DNA of 64,000 nt, from NCBI GenBank assembly GCA_951406725.2, contig OX597818.1:85188001-85252000 (forward strand), read 5' to 3'. Origin of the DNA: Octopus vulgaris (taxonomy: Eukaryota). Of this stretch, positions 11,988 to 24,517 are shown piece by piece. Under the pieces are notes generated by a model. That model was not told the DNA's origin. It searched no databases and saw only the letters and a program-made list of their open reading frames with translations. How positions within the stretch are numbered: the first letter of the stretch is position 1; every line of letters begins with the position of its first letter. The position numbers and the translations under genes were made by a program.

Positions 11988-12454
11988 CTGCTCACAGTAG
12001 TGAACCATTTCTTTGCAGTGCCTACATTTGGCTGAGTGAGCTATTTGTTGTAGTAAAAATGGTACTCCTCTTCCCACATGACAAGTCAAAAAGTCAGTAG
12101 TAGTAGAGTCATTTTACGAATTCTCAACTGGAGTCAGAATCAGTTATATGATATATACAAGTATGAGTTACTGTCAAGGTAGACGTTTCAAAGTCATTGC
12201 CTTGTGGAGCTATCAGTGATAGGATGATAAACGAGTCAAAAATAATATGTGGAATACCACTATAATATTATAGTGCTGACAATAACATGCAAGTGGATGA
12301 GGATCCACATTATAACACTGTTGAACATAAATTTGTCTTCACCTTATTATAATGCCTTTCGATATTCTTTCCAGCCAATCATTTTTGATATGAGTTTTTG
12401 ATGGGCATTGAAAGATTAAAAGGGAAGTTTAATTTCCATGGAATATTATGTAAT

Positions 12455-12790
12455 CTTCAACTGGTTTCAGTCATTGGGCTGTGGCCATGCTGGGGTACCA
12501 CCTTTTAGTTGAACAAATTGACTGTAGTACTCATGTTTTTCTTTTCTTGAAGTTTGTTACTTATTCTGTTGATCTTTAACTGTTAGGTTACAAGTGGTGG
12601 GGTGAGCTGGGAGTGACAAATATGTCATGCATACACACACACACATACACAGGGTTTCAACACAGTTTCTGTCTACCAGATTCACTCACAAGGCATTTGT
12701 CTGCCTGAGAATTTAGCAAAAGACACTTGCTCTAGGTTACTGTGGAGTGGGAGTGAACTCCAAATCATCTGGTTGCGAAGTATGCCTGTG
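12455..12790 (-). mobile_element. SINE family B, decayed
   Basis: gtttcagtcattgggctgtggccatgctgg...cagtttctgtctaccagattcactcacaaggc...agacacttgc. Confidence 0.75.
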
Positions 12791-13464
12791 TCAATTTTAA
12801 GAATTTTCCAACAACCTTATAAAAACCCTGGAGACCAACTTAATAGGAATTTGTATTTTTGCCCAATCTGAAAGCAAAGTGTCTTTAGATCTAGGTTTAA
12901 TACGAAAATTTTCATCCTTCAACTTTGTGACGTTATTCTTGTTGAAACTGGAGGCCATGCTCTACATTTATATGAAATCTTTCAGCTCTCATATTTCAAC
13001 AATTTAATTAGTTCTTAATTTATGTACATAACTTGCATACAACAAATTGTATGTTATGTATGTAAAAATGTTTAAGGCTATTAATAGACATTCTTGAAGA
13101 TAATTCTTACCATTCAGCTGACTCATTATTATCAAGTAACTCATTATTCTGGCTCGCTCAACATGTTAATAAAAAAACCTATAACTGTAAGGGCATTGTG
13201 AATATATTATAGAGGCATTGTTTTACTACCATATGCCTTTCCTGTTGCTAACCTTCACCTGTTCTTCAAGTAAGGGATTGCTTATTTCACTTGTTTTCAC
13301 AGGTGTGAAGCAGTAGTATATTTCAAGAGAAATATGGTAATGAAAGGTTTGAATCCTAATACTGTATTTGGTTTGTAATTATTTTATCCTGAAATGCAGG
13401 GAAAGAAAAACTGACCCCAATGAGATTTATATTAGAAATTAAGAATTCCTCCTCTTCCTCCTGA

Positions 13465-13870
13465 TCATCATCATCTGTTCAGTTTTCGATGCTTGCATGG
13501 ATTGGACAGAATTTGGTACACATTTTTCTATGGCTGGATGCCCCACTCTCTGTTGCAAATCTTTATCTGTTACACAGCAAGGTAGTATTTCCCCATGACC
13601 AGACACGTTTTAATGGAAAATTGGAAATGACACTGCTGGTATGACGGGGACACTCATTTAAAACAATTGTGTGATGTCAAGACCAGGAGACACCAATATA
13701 CACACTTGCACATACATACTTACACATACACACAGGCTTCTTTCAATTTCCCTCTATCAAATCCACTCACAGGGCTTTGGTCAACCTGGGGTATAGTATA
13801 GGTCTGAACCCGAAACCTTGTGGTTTAGAAGCAAACTTCTAAGTTTGCTTCTAAACCACACTGCCACACC
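13465..13870 (-). mobile_element. SINE family G (B-type head plus G tail)
   Basis: (CAT)n, G module, (CA) linker, then ggcttctttcaatttcc..aaatccactcac..aaccacactgcc (B head). Confidence 0.8.
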
Positions 13871-14222
13871 TATATCCACATCCATGTCTGTAATTAAATA
13901 ATAGACACTATATTAATAATATACTAAAACATAATTATTCACTCAATTAAATACTGTTGTAATAGCATGTTGTAGTTGCTATTAGCAAAAGTGCAAGAAC
14001 AATAAAAAGGAGAGGAATGGGGATAGAAAGTTAACATTCTAAATAGAACATTACCTATCTTTCCCCTCTCTTGTATGCACTAGCAACAGATAGATTTCTT
14101 TTGTAACACCCCTTTAAAAGAAAAAAAAAACCCCAAACAAACAAGGTTTGTACAAATGTGTACGTGCGGTTGTAGAAAGGAATAAAGATAACTGCACAGA
14201 TGTATAAAATTACATGAGTACA

Positions 14223-14256
<34 letters not shown>

Positions 14257-14277
14257 TTGTGCCTCAGCCCTCTTATA

Positions 14278-14494
14278 TGAGGGGCTGCTGAACAGTTCCT
14301 GACTTTGGGTAAAAAAGAAAACAGAAGGATCAGTTAATTATGATTTTATTCAAAATATTTCCCTCTCAGATTTACACACTTATTACAGCTGTCCTTCAGT
14401 TTTTCCAAATCCTGCAAAAGAACTTGAAACGTTGGGCCACCAGCCAGGCCTTTCATGATACCCTTAAAGCTAGGAACTTTACAGTGCCTCCTCA
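14278..14494. mobile_element. Tc1/mariner-like MITE
   Basis: TA, then tgaggggctgctgaacagttcctgacttt ... aaagctaggaactttacagtgcctcctca (~29-bp imperfect TIR). Further copies at 63577 and 63822. Confidence 0.8.
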
Positions 14495-14498
14495 AGCA

Positions 14499-14549
<51 letters not shown>

Positions 14550-14879
14550 ATGCATGCATTTATAGATATGCCGACTGGAGTTGGAAGAAAAGGAATCAAA
14601 GAAGGTCACTTCTCAACTACATAATCTCAAGTTCAGTCCTACAGTGTGACACCTTGGGCAGTGGGAGAGGGGATACACACACACATGCATACGCACACCC
14701 ACACAGGAGGGTGACAAAGGAACTTATGGAAAATAGGAAAAAACATACAAAGGACATGGACACTTGCTCATCTGCCATCAGAAATTAGGCAAAAATCATT
14801 ACATTTTATGATGTATATATGTGTGTATGTCTTTGTGTGTGTATATATGTATATATATATATATGTATGCATGTGTGTG

Positions 14880-15020
14880 TGACAGGTTTCCACACAGTTT
14901 CTGTCTATCACTCAAGGCATTGGCTAGCCTGGATGCTACAGTAGGAGATACTTGCCCCCAAGGTGCTGTGCAGTATGATTGAAGCTCAAACTAATCTCCT
15001 GTATCACACAGCCGTACTTG
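14880..15020 (-). mobile_element. SINE B-type head fragment
   Basis: cagtttctgtctatc..caaggcattgg..gatacttgcc..aaggtgc..cacacagccg. Confidence 0.65.
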
Positions 15021-15135
15021 CATCTTATACTTTGTTTTCCTTCTTCTTCAAGACCTCTGTGATGATCCATTTTAAAATGATGGTGTTGTGTACTTTGTTT
15101 GAAAAAGGTTTAATTAAGCTCAATTACTTAAATCT

Positions 15136-15362
15136 TTAACTCTTTAGCATCCAGATTTCTTTGTTAAATGTAATGCTTATTCATTCAGATTGTTTTGAAT
15201 TAATCCGCATTATCTCATAGCTTCAAGATTTTGATGATGTGATTGCATAATTTTTAAATGACATTGTAAGGCAGGTGTAAAAGACCACATCTAGCCAACT
15301 TGCACATAAAACAAGCAGAATATTTGAGCTTGATTTGGCTGGTTTAAATCTTAAAGAGTTAA
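15136..15362 (+). mobile_element. piggyBac-like MITE family D
   Basis: TTAA-ctcttta ... taaagag-TTAA termini; internal sequence shared with five other copies. Confidence 0.85.
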
Positions 15363-16147
15363 TTATACACAATTACTTTCATCTTTAACTCTTAGGAGAT
15401 GACAAGGCCAATCTATCATCTGGAAAGCCAGATAGCAAAGAAGATTGTATTAGTTCATTCAATTTTCTACAAGAACATATATAGTTATATACATGTAAAA
15501 GTCATTACTTTACTTTTTATAATTTCTTTTGAAAAATAAGTGCATGCCCTCTCTAGGGCTTATGAAAAGGGCTCCATCTTCTTGGCACTGAAATTCTAAA
15601 TGAAGCTCCATCTCCAAAGCGTTAAACAGTAACATGATCAAAATTCAAGGGTCCCCTCACCGGCACCACCATCTCTTCTGTTGGATTCTTGCTTTTTGTT
15701 TTATTTTTTAAATATTTTTTTTGTCTCTTACCGTTCTTTCTTAGAAATTCTTTTTTTATGCTTACAGTTATGAAAAATTTATTGTAGCATGTGAATGCTT
15801 TGTATCTTATCCCTCAAAGTTCTTTGGTGTCACAAGAATATTTTCTTTTCTGATGTATGAGAATGTCAGTATGAATGTACAAATATGTACATGAAAGATA
15901 ATGATGCAAGTGTAGGTATATGATGTTTTAAAATCATATTTGTGTGTGCATGTGTGTGTGTCTGTGTAAACATGTATTATATGTGTCTATATATGCATTT
16001 ATAAAAACATCTTTATGCATATACATGTGTATATGAATGTATATATGAAAAACATTTGTATGCATATACATTTGTGTATGCATGTCCATATATACATATG
16101 TGTATATATAAAAGCATATGTATGCATATATCGTGTGTATGTATTAT

Positions 16148-16535
16148 CATCATTATTAAAATGTCCTCATTTCGATGCTTGCCTGGGTCAAAGTTTATTG
16201 TGAGAAATTGTTTGTGGCCAGATGCTCTTCCTGTCACTAACCCTCATGTATTCCCAAGCGAGATAATATTTCCCCATAGCCAGACATGTTTTCACAGAAT
16301 ATTGAAAATAAGTGACACTGCTTGTATTACAGTGACAGTCATTTCCCACTATCATATAATGTCAAGACAACTTGGCATAAACATGCATTTTTACTAAATT
16401 TACTCTATAAGGCTTTGGCTGGCTTCATTCTGTGGAAGAAAACACTTGCCCAAAGGTACCATGGTATAGGACTGAACCCCCCAAAAACCATGTTGTTGGA
16501 AATGAAACGTCTTAACTGTACAACCATACCTTTGC
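16148..16535 (-). mobile_element. SINE family G
   Basis: G module (gatgctcttcctgtcactaaccctca..aatatttccccatagccagacatgttttcacagaa) joined to a B-type head. Confidence 0.8.
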
Positions 16536-16575
16536 TTACCATATTCACATCTTGTCTGTTTGTGTCTCTCTGTCT

Positions 16576-16577
<2 letters not shown>

Positions 16578-16632
<55 letters not shown>

Positions 16633-16640
16633 TAAATAAA
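16578..16640. repeat. (TA)n(TAAA)n microsatellite
   Basis: Direct reading. Confidence 0.95.
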
Positions 16641-17504
16641 CGTTTGTGTGTGAATAATGTACATATGTATGTATGTGTAAGAGAGATTCTTTTTTCTTCT
16701 TTTGCTTTGATTTCTTGTCTACTAATATTAGTTTGTCAGTTAATTCTGGCCACCTTAATTGTTTGTCAGGAGACATGTTGTTTGAGAAGTGTAAAAGAGG
16801 AAAAAAAAAAAAAAAACCCAAAAAATGATTATATACTATGAAGAAATTACTTGAGTATGTATCCATATGTTTGGCAACTTGCAAAGGTTGCTTAGCTTCT
16901 GAAATAGTTCTCGAAGTCTGAAGAGTGCTTTCACAGTGACTCATATAAACTCTATGGTACTGTCTTACATACATAGCTTATGTTTGCGGTTCTTTTTGTT
17001 AGCATTGTTTGGTTTCTTGTAGCTTTACTATTATTTTTTTTTTTTTCTTGAAACAGTCAGAAGATGTAAAACAGACAGGGATTTTTGCTTCTGTTGTTTA
17101 TTTATGATATAGTTGTTGGTAGTGGTGGTGGTGGTGAATATTTTTTTTCTTCATTTTTAATTAGCAAAGAAAGTTACTATATTTTTCGGTGTCTTTGTGT
17201 GCGTGTATGTGTATATGTATATTTATGTCTCTGTATCTAGGTCTGTATGCTCCTGACATTTTTTTGTTCTTGTAGTTTGTTTTTTTAAAGCAAGATTTAT
17301 ATTTTCTTAAAATGTAAACTCAGCCAGACATACATAAATATACTCCAACAAATACATTTATGAAGTTTCTTGGTAATTTCCTCTCTTGTTCTTCCTACTT
17401 AACAACTCAACTACTCCACCATCAATACCATTTGCAATACATGTGTATATATATGTATATATATACACACACACACACACACAGTCACACATTATAAATG
17501 AATA

Positions 17505-17705
17505 TCATCATCATTGTTGTCGTCATTTAGTGTTTACTTTTCCATGCTTGCACAGGTCAAACAAAATTTATTGTGGCAAATTTTCAAAGCCTGGATGCCC
17601 TTCCTGTCACCAACACTCACCTCTTTACAAGCAAAATAATATTTCCCCATAGTCAGGCATGTTTTTTTTACTGAAGAGAAGAAACAAGCATCCCTTCTAT
17701 AACAA
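17505..17705 (-). mobile_element. SINE family G, 3' module
   Basis: tttccatgcttgcacaggtc...ctggatgcccttcctgtcaccaacactcacc...aatatttccccatag. Confidence 0.75.
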
Positions 17706-17714
17706 AAATCTTGT

Positions 17715-18072
17715 ATTTGCTTTTGTCATTAGACTACGGCCATGCTGAGGCATCGCTTTGGATATTTAGTTGAATGTATCAATCTCAGTCCTTACCTTTT
17801 ATAAGCCTGGTATTTACTTATTCTATCGGTCCTGCTAAGCTGCAGGAATGTAAACACACCAACACCGGTTGTCAAATGGTGTAGGGGTGACGAATACACA
17901 CACATACATATATACGATGGGCTTCTTTCAGTTTCTGTCTACCCCATCCACTCACATGGCTTTGGTCAGCCCGAGGCTATATTAGAAGACACTTGCCCAA
18001 GATGCCCACAGTGGGACTAAATCCAAAAACCATATGGCTGAGAAGCCAGCTTCTTACCATAGAGCCATGCCT
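17715..18072 (-). mobile_element. SINE family B, full length
   Basis: gtcattagactacggccatgctg...acaccaacaccggttgtcaa...gggcttctttcagtttc...agaagacacttgcccaag...agccatgcctg. Confidence 0.85.
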
Positions 18073-18077
18073 GTGAT

Positions 18078-18292
18078 TATGAGTGGATTTGGTAGAGGGG
18101 AAGTGAAAGAAGCTTGATATATATATATACATGTATATATTGAGCTTTCAGTTTCCCTCTACCAAATACACTCACAAGGCTTTGGTTAGCTCAGCGCTAT
18201 GGTAAACAGTTGCTCAGTGTGTCATACAGTGGGAATGGACTTAAGACTATATGGTTGAGAAACGTGCTTCTTAACACCACAGCCATGCCTCT
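18078..18292. mobile_element. SINE B head fragments in opposite orientations
   Basis: + fragment gagtggatttggtagaggggaagtgaaagaagc (18081), then a minus-strand head at 18143-18290. Confidence 0.7.
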
Positions 18293-18535
18293 ATCTACAA
18301 TGTATATTTTTGCACCATATACATTGTAAAGTTACCATGACAACAGGGAGTAGTATTCTATTGTCAAAGTTATGAATCAAGAGTTGGACCCTCTTCTTAC
18401 CAGAACTTGTTCACTATTCTGGTACCTAAGACCACTGTATTTTAATTGACTACTGAAACCTATATGCAGCCAAAGTTCATTATGTGTTTATGGTTCTTCA
18501 AAAATAGACATTGCTTTTCAGTTAAGGATTCTTTC

Positions 18536-18752
18536 TTAAATCTTTAGCATTTAAACCAATCATATCCAGCCAAAATGTTCTGCCTGTTTTATGTTTAGAT
18601 CAGCTAGATTTGGCCTCTCACACCTACCCTACAATGTCATTCTAGAAATAAACAGTCACATCACAGAAAGTTTGAAGCTATGAAATAATGCAGGATCAAT
18701 TCAAAACTGCAAATAAATGAGCATTAGATTTGACGGAATGATCTGAAAGCTA
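18536..18752 (-). mobile_element. piggyBac-like MITE family D
   Basis: ttaaatctttagcatttaaacc...ggcctctcacacctaccctacaatgtcattct; right end eroded. Confidence 0.75.
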
Positions 18753-19644
18753 GCATGTGTGGAAGGTTTGTTAACAAGTTTAATAATATATTTAAGTTTA
18801 GAAGTCAGGAAAATCTAGTTGAGCTTTCAGTTAAATCTATGGCCATCTGTAGTGTCCATTATGTGATACTGTCAGAGTTGGTGTTGATAGCAAGGGTTGT
18901 GGTAGTAGTAGTAGTACTATTTGAGAAGTACAATTGATGATGAAAATGACAATAATGTATATGAGCTCTTAGTCAAATTCAAGGCCATTTCTAGAGTCTG
19001 TTATGTAGTATTTTTAGTGTAGGCATTGGCAACAAGAGCAAAGAAATATAAAAATTAGGTAAATTTGTGAGTATTCTTAATAGAGGTACTCTTAGGTTGG
19101 TGATAAACATGACAGTGATATGACTGTGGTGGCTATACATTTAGCTACCAGTAAAAGTAATGGTCATGGTGGTATCATTTATGGTGAATATATTTCTGTT
19201 TTAGTGTTGATGGAGGTAGTTGTATCTGTTCTTCCCCATGACAAGTTAATGATGATGATGATCTTGATGCCTCCTTGTCTGGCTCTGCTGCCATGACAGA
19301 CACCCTCATACCTCTTATCCTTTTACTATTCCACCCCATTTTTCAGCTGACATTATTATTCTACTACAAGCTACACAATCATGTCTGTGGCACTTCTGTT
19401 TTTGTTCCACTCTGATAGAGATGTCTATAGTTGCTGCAACTGTTATTTATTTTACTCTATTTTTTTTCTTCAATTTTTACCCATTTTTTATGATGTTAGT
19501 GGTGGGGTTTGTTTTCTGTATTTCTTCATATATATATATATATATATATATATTCACTTTTTCAAGTACCTTTAGCAGAGATCCAAATTACTTTTACAAA
19601 TTGCCACCCAAAATTATTATGGGGGACAGGGGGCAGTTCTTTAG

Positions 19645-20015
19645 TTTTAATGTTGGCAGAATCAGTAGAGCGATAAACAAAACATTATGTGGTGTCTAGT
19701 TACATTGGTTTACTCTCTGAGTTCAATTCCCACTGGCTTGAACTTTTGGCTTTGCTTGTCCTCCTTCCAGAACCTAAAACGAAGTACCACTGGAGTACTG
19801 GGGTAGATTTCTCTTGTACCTCTCTTAAAAATTATAATTGCTGTTACCATATTAGGACAGTAGATTGATAAAGCATTGAACTAAATACCTTGTAGTATCT
19901 GTTCTGGCTGTTTATGATCTGAGTTCAAATCCTCCTGAGATCATTTTTATATTTCACTTTTTTTAAGGACTAATGAAATAAAGTACCAGTCAAGTACTGG
20001 GGCATATAGTAGAAA
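19645..20015 (+). mobile_element. Two decayed tandem SINE A copies
   Basis: ctgagttcaa and aagtacca each occur twice. Confidence 0.6.
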
Positions 20016-20126
20016 TAGAAAACATACCCAGAGAGACATACCATGGGACTGAACCCAAAACCATGTGGTTGGGAAGTTAGTGTTTTAACCATACAGCCAT
20101 GTCTGTACACACACACACACACACAC

Positions 20127-20173
20127 TGATGTCTGATGAAGCCTACCAGGCTGACACTTCATGGTCATTGTCA
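20127..20173 (+). other. Degenerate minimal hammerhead-ribozyme motif (Penelope-type), probably inactive
   Basis: CTGATGA-AGCCT-acc-AGGCT-GAcAC-ttcatg-GTC; GAAA is mutated to GACA and stem I is imperfect. Confidence 0.5.
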
Positions 20174-20747
20174 CCCGCCTTGTAAAAGTTTATCTACTAA
20201 AGAATGTTAAATAATTCTTTAATTTAATGTTAAGCTGCTATTATATATAACTTGAAATTGGCATAAAAACAAACCTGCTGTGTATATGATGATGATGATG
20301 ATAGAACAATCTATTTTCTTATTTTAAATCCTTCTCCAATCCTCCCACTCATCACTATAAGGGGTTTAATTCCAGTTGCAGTTAAAATTGAACCCTGAGA
20401 TGAGAGACTTGTGTAAAAATACAATCAAGTGCAGGAGTTAAGTCAATCAGATCCATCCATACATGTGTGTGTATGTCTGTGTGCATGTATGTAATCGGCT
20501 CTACAAATTTTTAGAAATGTTATCACTATAAGAGCAGTGAATTGACAGAATTGGTATTTTGTTACATTCCATTATTTTGGATAGGGGGTTAGTAGTGGCA
20601 GGGGCTATAGTGTCATTTTGTACGGGGAGGGCATAGTGTGAATTTGTGCCTTTGTTAGAAATGGTAATTGTTCTGATTTTGTTTAGAATATACTTGGAGG
20701 TTAAATAAATAAATGTTTGACTATTTATTATTATTATTATTATTATC

Positions 20748-21757
20748 AAGGCAGTGAGCTGGCAGAGTCCTTAGCACGCCAGGCGAAATGCTTAGTATTA
20801 TTTCATCTGCTGCTATGTTCTGAGTTCAAATTCCACCGAGGTTGTTTCATCCTTTCAGAGTCAGTGAAATAAGTACCAGTTACGCACTTAGTTGATGCAA
20901 TCTACTAGCCTCCTTCCTCAAAATTTCATGCCTTGTGCCTGTAGTAGAAAGGATTATTGTTTTTGTTGGTAGAATCGTTTGCATGCTGGACAAAATACTT
21001 AACAGCATTTCGCCTGTCTTTACATTCCAAATTCAAGTTCTTCCCAGGTCGACTTTCCTTTTGTCACCTTTCAGGATCGATGAAATAAGTACCAGTTGAA
21101 TACTGGAGTCGATGTAACTATCTCCCTCTCCCAAATTTCAGGCTTTGTGCCTATAATAGAAAGGATTATTATTACGGTTCAAACTGACAGTTGTTTGCAC
21201 ACTGGACAAAATGCCTAACTGCATTTCTTCCAACTTCATGCTCTGAGTTAAAATTCTCCAAGGTCAACTTTGCCTTTCATACTTTCAGGGCTGATGATGC
21301 CAGGCTGGGAGAATTGTTAGAGGCTCAGAAAAAATGCTTAATGGCATTTTTTTTTTTTTTAGCTCATTACTTGCATGTTCAAATACTGTCAGGGTTGGTT
21401 TAGGATTTCATCTTTTGAGGTTGTTGAAATAAGTAGTTTCAAGTATTGAGATTGGTGTGTGTAGACCATTTGCCCTCTCTCCCACAAAATTGCTGGCCTT
21501 GTATGAAAATTTGAGTGAGAATTATTATTGGTGTGCTGGCAGAATTGTTAGAGCATCAGGCAAAATGCTTAGTGTTTCTTTCATCTCTTTATAGTTCCAT
21601 ATCTTTACATTCTGAACTCAAATGATGAGGTCAACTTTACCTTTCATCCCTCTTTGGTTGAGGAAATAAAGCACCAGTACTGGAGTCAATGCTATTTACT
21701 GTCCCTCTCACCCTAAAATTGCTGGCCTTGTACATAAATTTGAAATAATTACTATTA
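20748..21757 (+). mobile_element. Head-to-tail array of five SINE A copies
   Basis: Units start near 20748, 20966, 21175, 21300 and 21530, most ending in (att)n. B-box-like gagttcaaattcc in the first unit. Confidence 0.85.
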
Positions 21758-22309
21758 TAGTTATTTTAAAAAAATTTATTTATTTATTTATTTGCTTCCA
21801 AATAATTTCAGCTATGTTTTTAGTCTAAGAAAAAGCTGTGACAACCTTGGTTTGTTTTATTTTGCTTTATTTCAAAAGTTGGCTTTTAAAAATTTTTTAG
21901 GAATTTTATGATTTTTATTTTTTATTTTCTGATGTCCTAAGGTTTCATTTTAGCCATTGTGAATGAGAAATTAAAAGCTGCATTAAGAGGACTTCTCTTT
22001 GAGTGCGAAGAATCAATAAAAGAAGGTTTAAAGGAAAGAAAATGGTTATAAGGGAAGAGAGAAAGCTATTCATTATTTTCTTATATGGCACCAGGTCACA
22101 ATTCTTTAGAGGAATTCTTATATTCAAAGAGGAAGACATTGTACTGTGCTCTTCTTAAACTACAATCTTTATAGATGATTCCTCTAATCTTCATTACTCA
22201 GATTTAAAAGTTATCCCTTCTGGGTGTACAATGTTCTCGAACAGACACAGGCAGCCTTTTGCAAGAAGCAGGCCTCCTGAGTCATGTTCATTATCAGGTG
22301 GCTGTATTA

Positions 22310-22572
22310 CGTAAAATGGAAACTGAAAGAAGCCTGTTTTATATATATCTTTGTGTATGGTTTTGTGCCTGTGTTGTCCCCTATGACCACTTGACAACCA
22401 GTGTTGATGTGTTTATGTTCCTGTAGCTTAGTGGCTCAACAAAAGAAACCAAAAAATTAAGTACTAGGCTTAAAAAAAGAAATCAAGAGTTGATTTGTTT
22501 GACCAAACATTTAAAGTGGTGCCTCAGCATGGCTGCAGTCTAATGACTGACTCAAGTAAAAGATAAAAGATG
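22310..22572 (+). mobile_element. SINE family B, 5'-truncated
   Basis: ggaaactgaaagaagcc...cacttgacaaccagtgttg...cagcatggctgcagtctaatgactgactcaagtaaaagataaaaga. Confidence 0.8.
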
Positions 22573-23257
22573 AATATATAATACAAAAACATCCTGCTGA
22601 CTGTGATAGTCAATGAAATAGAAATAAAACTTTAGAAATTCATTCTTTCTGTGCAACCCAGTACTGTACTGGTCCACAACTTGCTGGTTGGAGATGTCTG
22701 TTTTAGAAGAGCAGCAGTGTTATCTTGTATGGGCATACAGTGTATAAGAACTAAATCTCTTGAAGGGTTTCTTTTCAAATTTTCCAAACCACATCAATTT
22801 ATTTATTTATTTTTAGATTATTTCTCATACCTCTCCCACCAGACTAACTTATGGAGACATGTGGAATTTACTTAGTTACTAGAAACTTCTCAAGATTTCT
22901 TACTTGCATTTTTTTTTCTTTCTTTTCTATAGTTTCTCCTTAAGCATTTCATTATTCTTCTACCCATTACTCTTCGTTTTTCCTTTATGGTGGTGGTGGT
23001 GGGGGGGGAGGCAGGAGAGGAGTGGAGATAGAAGGAAAGGCAACTTTTCTTTTTGATTTTGAAAGATTTTTTTGCCATTCATTTCACTATTTTCTAGGTT
23101 TCTTCTTGTTTTTGTTTTTTTTACATTTTATGTTTTTTTCATTTTATTTTCCTTTCCAAATAAGATCCTTGAGAAATGAAACTACTGAATTTAGAAAAGT
23201 GTGTGTGTGTGTGAATGTCTGTCTGTGTGTATGTATGTATGTATGTATGTATGTTAT

Positions 23258-23540
23258 TATCTTTTACTTGTTTCAATCATTGGACAGCACCCATGCTGGG
23301 TCCCTGCTGTAAAGGATTTAGTCAAACAACTCAACCCAAGTACATTTTTTTGTCTCATATTTATTCTATCCATCTTTTTTACTGAACTGCTGAGTTAATT
23401 GGATATAAACAAACTAACACTGGTTATCAAGCAGTGGTGGCAGACAAACAAAAATACAAAGACACATTCAAATCAGTTTCCATTTCCCCCACATTCATTC
23501 ACAAGGCATTGGCTAGTCTGAGACTGTAGTAGCAGACTCT
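23258..23540 (-). mobile_element. SINE family B, decayed
   Basis: cttttacttgtttcaatcattggac..ccatgctgg..attcacaaggcattgg. Confidence 0.75.
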
Positions 23541-23711
23541 TGTCTTTTCCAACCCTCACCAAAGAAAAGAATAGACTGGGAAAAGATTCCAGAGGGAGCA
23601 ATGTTCAAGAAAGGCCTGAGGATTTGTAGTTTGTCTGGGGTTGGTGTGTGGAACTTGCATATGTATTCGGTTTTCTCATTCTTATTTTCTTTCTTTACTG
23701 CTCTTTTTTTC

Positions 23712-24078
23712 TTTTGTTTCAATCATATGACTGGCTATGCTGGAGCACTGACTTGAAGGATTTTAGTTGAACAAATTACACCCAGGGCTTATTTTTTAAG
23801 TCTAGTACTTACTCTATCAGTCTCTTTTGCCAAGCTGCTAACTTATCGGGATATAAACACACCAACACCTGTTGTCAAGCAGTGATAGGGGAACAAATAA
23901 ACACACACACACACACATGACAGGCTTCTTTCAGTTTCCTTTTACCAAATCCACTCACAAGGCTTTGGTTAGCCTGAGGCTATAGAAGAAAATACTTGCC
24001 CAAGGTGCCATGCAGTGGGACTGAATCTGGAACCATGCAGTTGGGAAGCAAGCTTCTTACCACAGTCATACCTGCACC
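23712..24078 (-). mobile_element. SINE family B, full length
   Basis: Well-preserved head ggcttctttcagtttcc..aaatccactcacaaggctttgg..cttgcccaaggtgccatgcagtgggactgaa. Confidence 0.85.
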
Positions 24079-24121
24079 TACAAAATATTTTTTATTCAAT
24101 GTTATTATTAGAATTATTAAA

Positions 24122-24517
24122 AAGCTGGTGAGCTGGCTGAATCATTAGCACACCAGGCAAACTGCTCAGTGACATTTCAGTCATCTTTACATTCTGAATT
24201 CAAATTCTGCTGAGTTCAACTTTGCCTTTCATCCATTCTGGGGGCCAGCTGTGCACTGGGCTTGATTTTGTTGATTAGCCCTCTCCCCTCAGAACTGCTG
24301 GCCTTGTGAGTTCAAAACCAGCCAAGGTTAACTTTTGCCTTCATCCTCCCACGATCAATAAAATATGGGATCAACACAATCAACTATTCCTTCTAGTTCT
24401 TTATATTCTGTGTTCAAATCCTGCCTAGGTCAACTTTGCTTTTCATCCTTTCAGAATCGATGTAATCAATTTACTTTACACCCCAAAATTGCTGGCCTTG
24501 TACCAAAATTTGAAATC
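24122..24517 (+). mobile_element. Cluster of SINE A copy and fragments
   Basis: aactttgcctttcatcc-like core three times (24217, 24330, 24432). Confidence 0.75.

Noticed and set aside
12258-12275. 18-bp palindrome cactataatattatagtg
   Set aside because: AT-rich core, plausible by chance or a transposon remnant.
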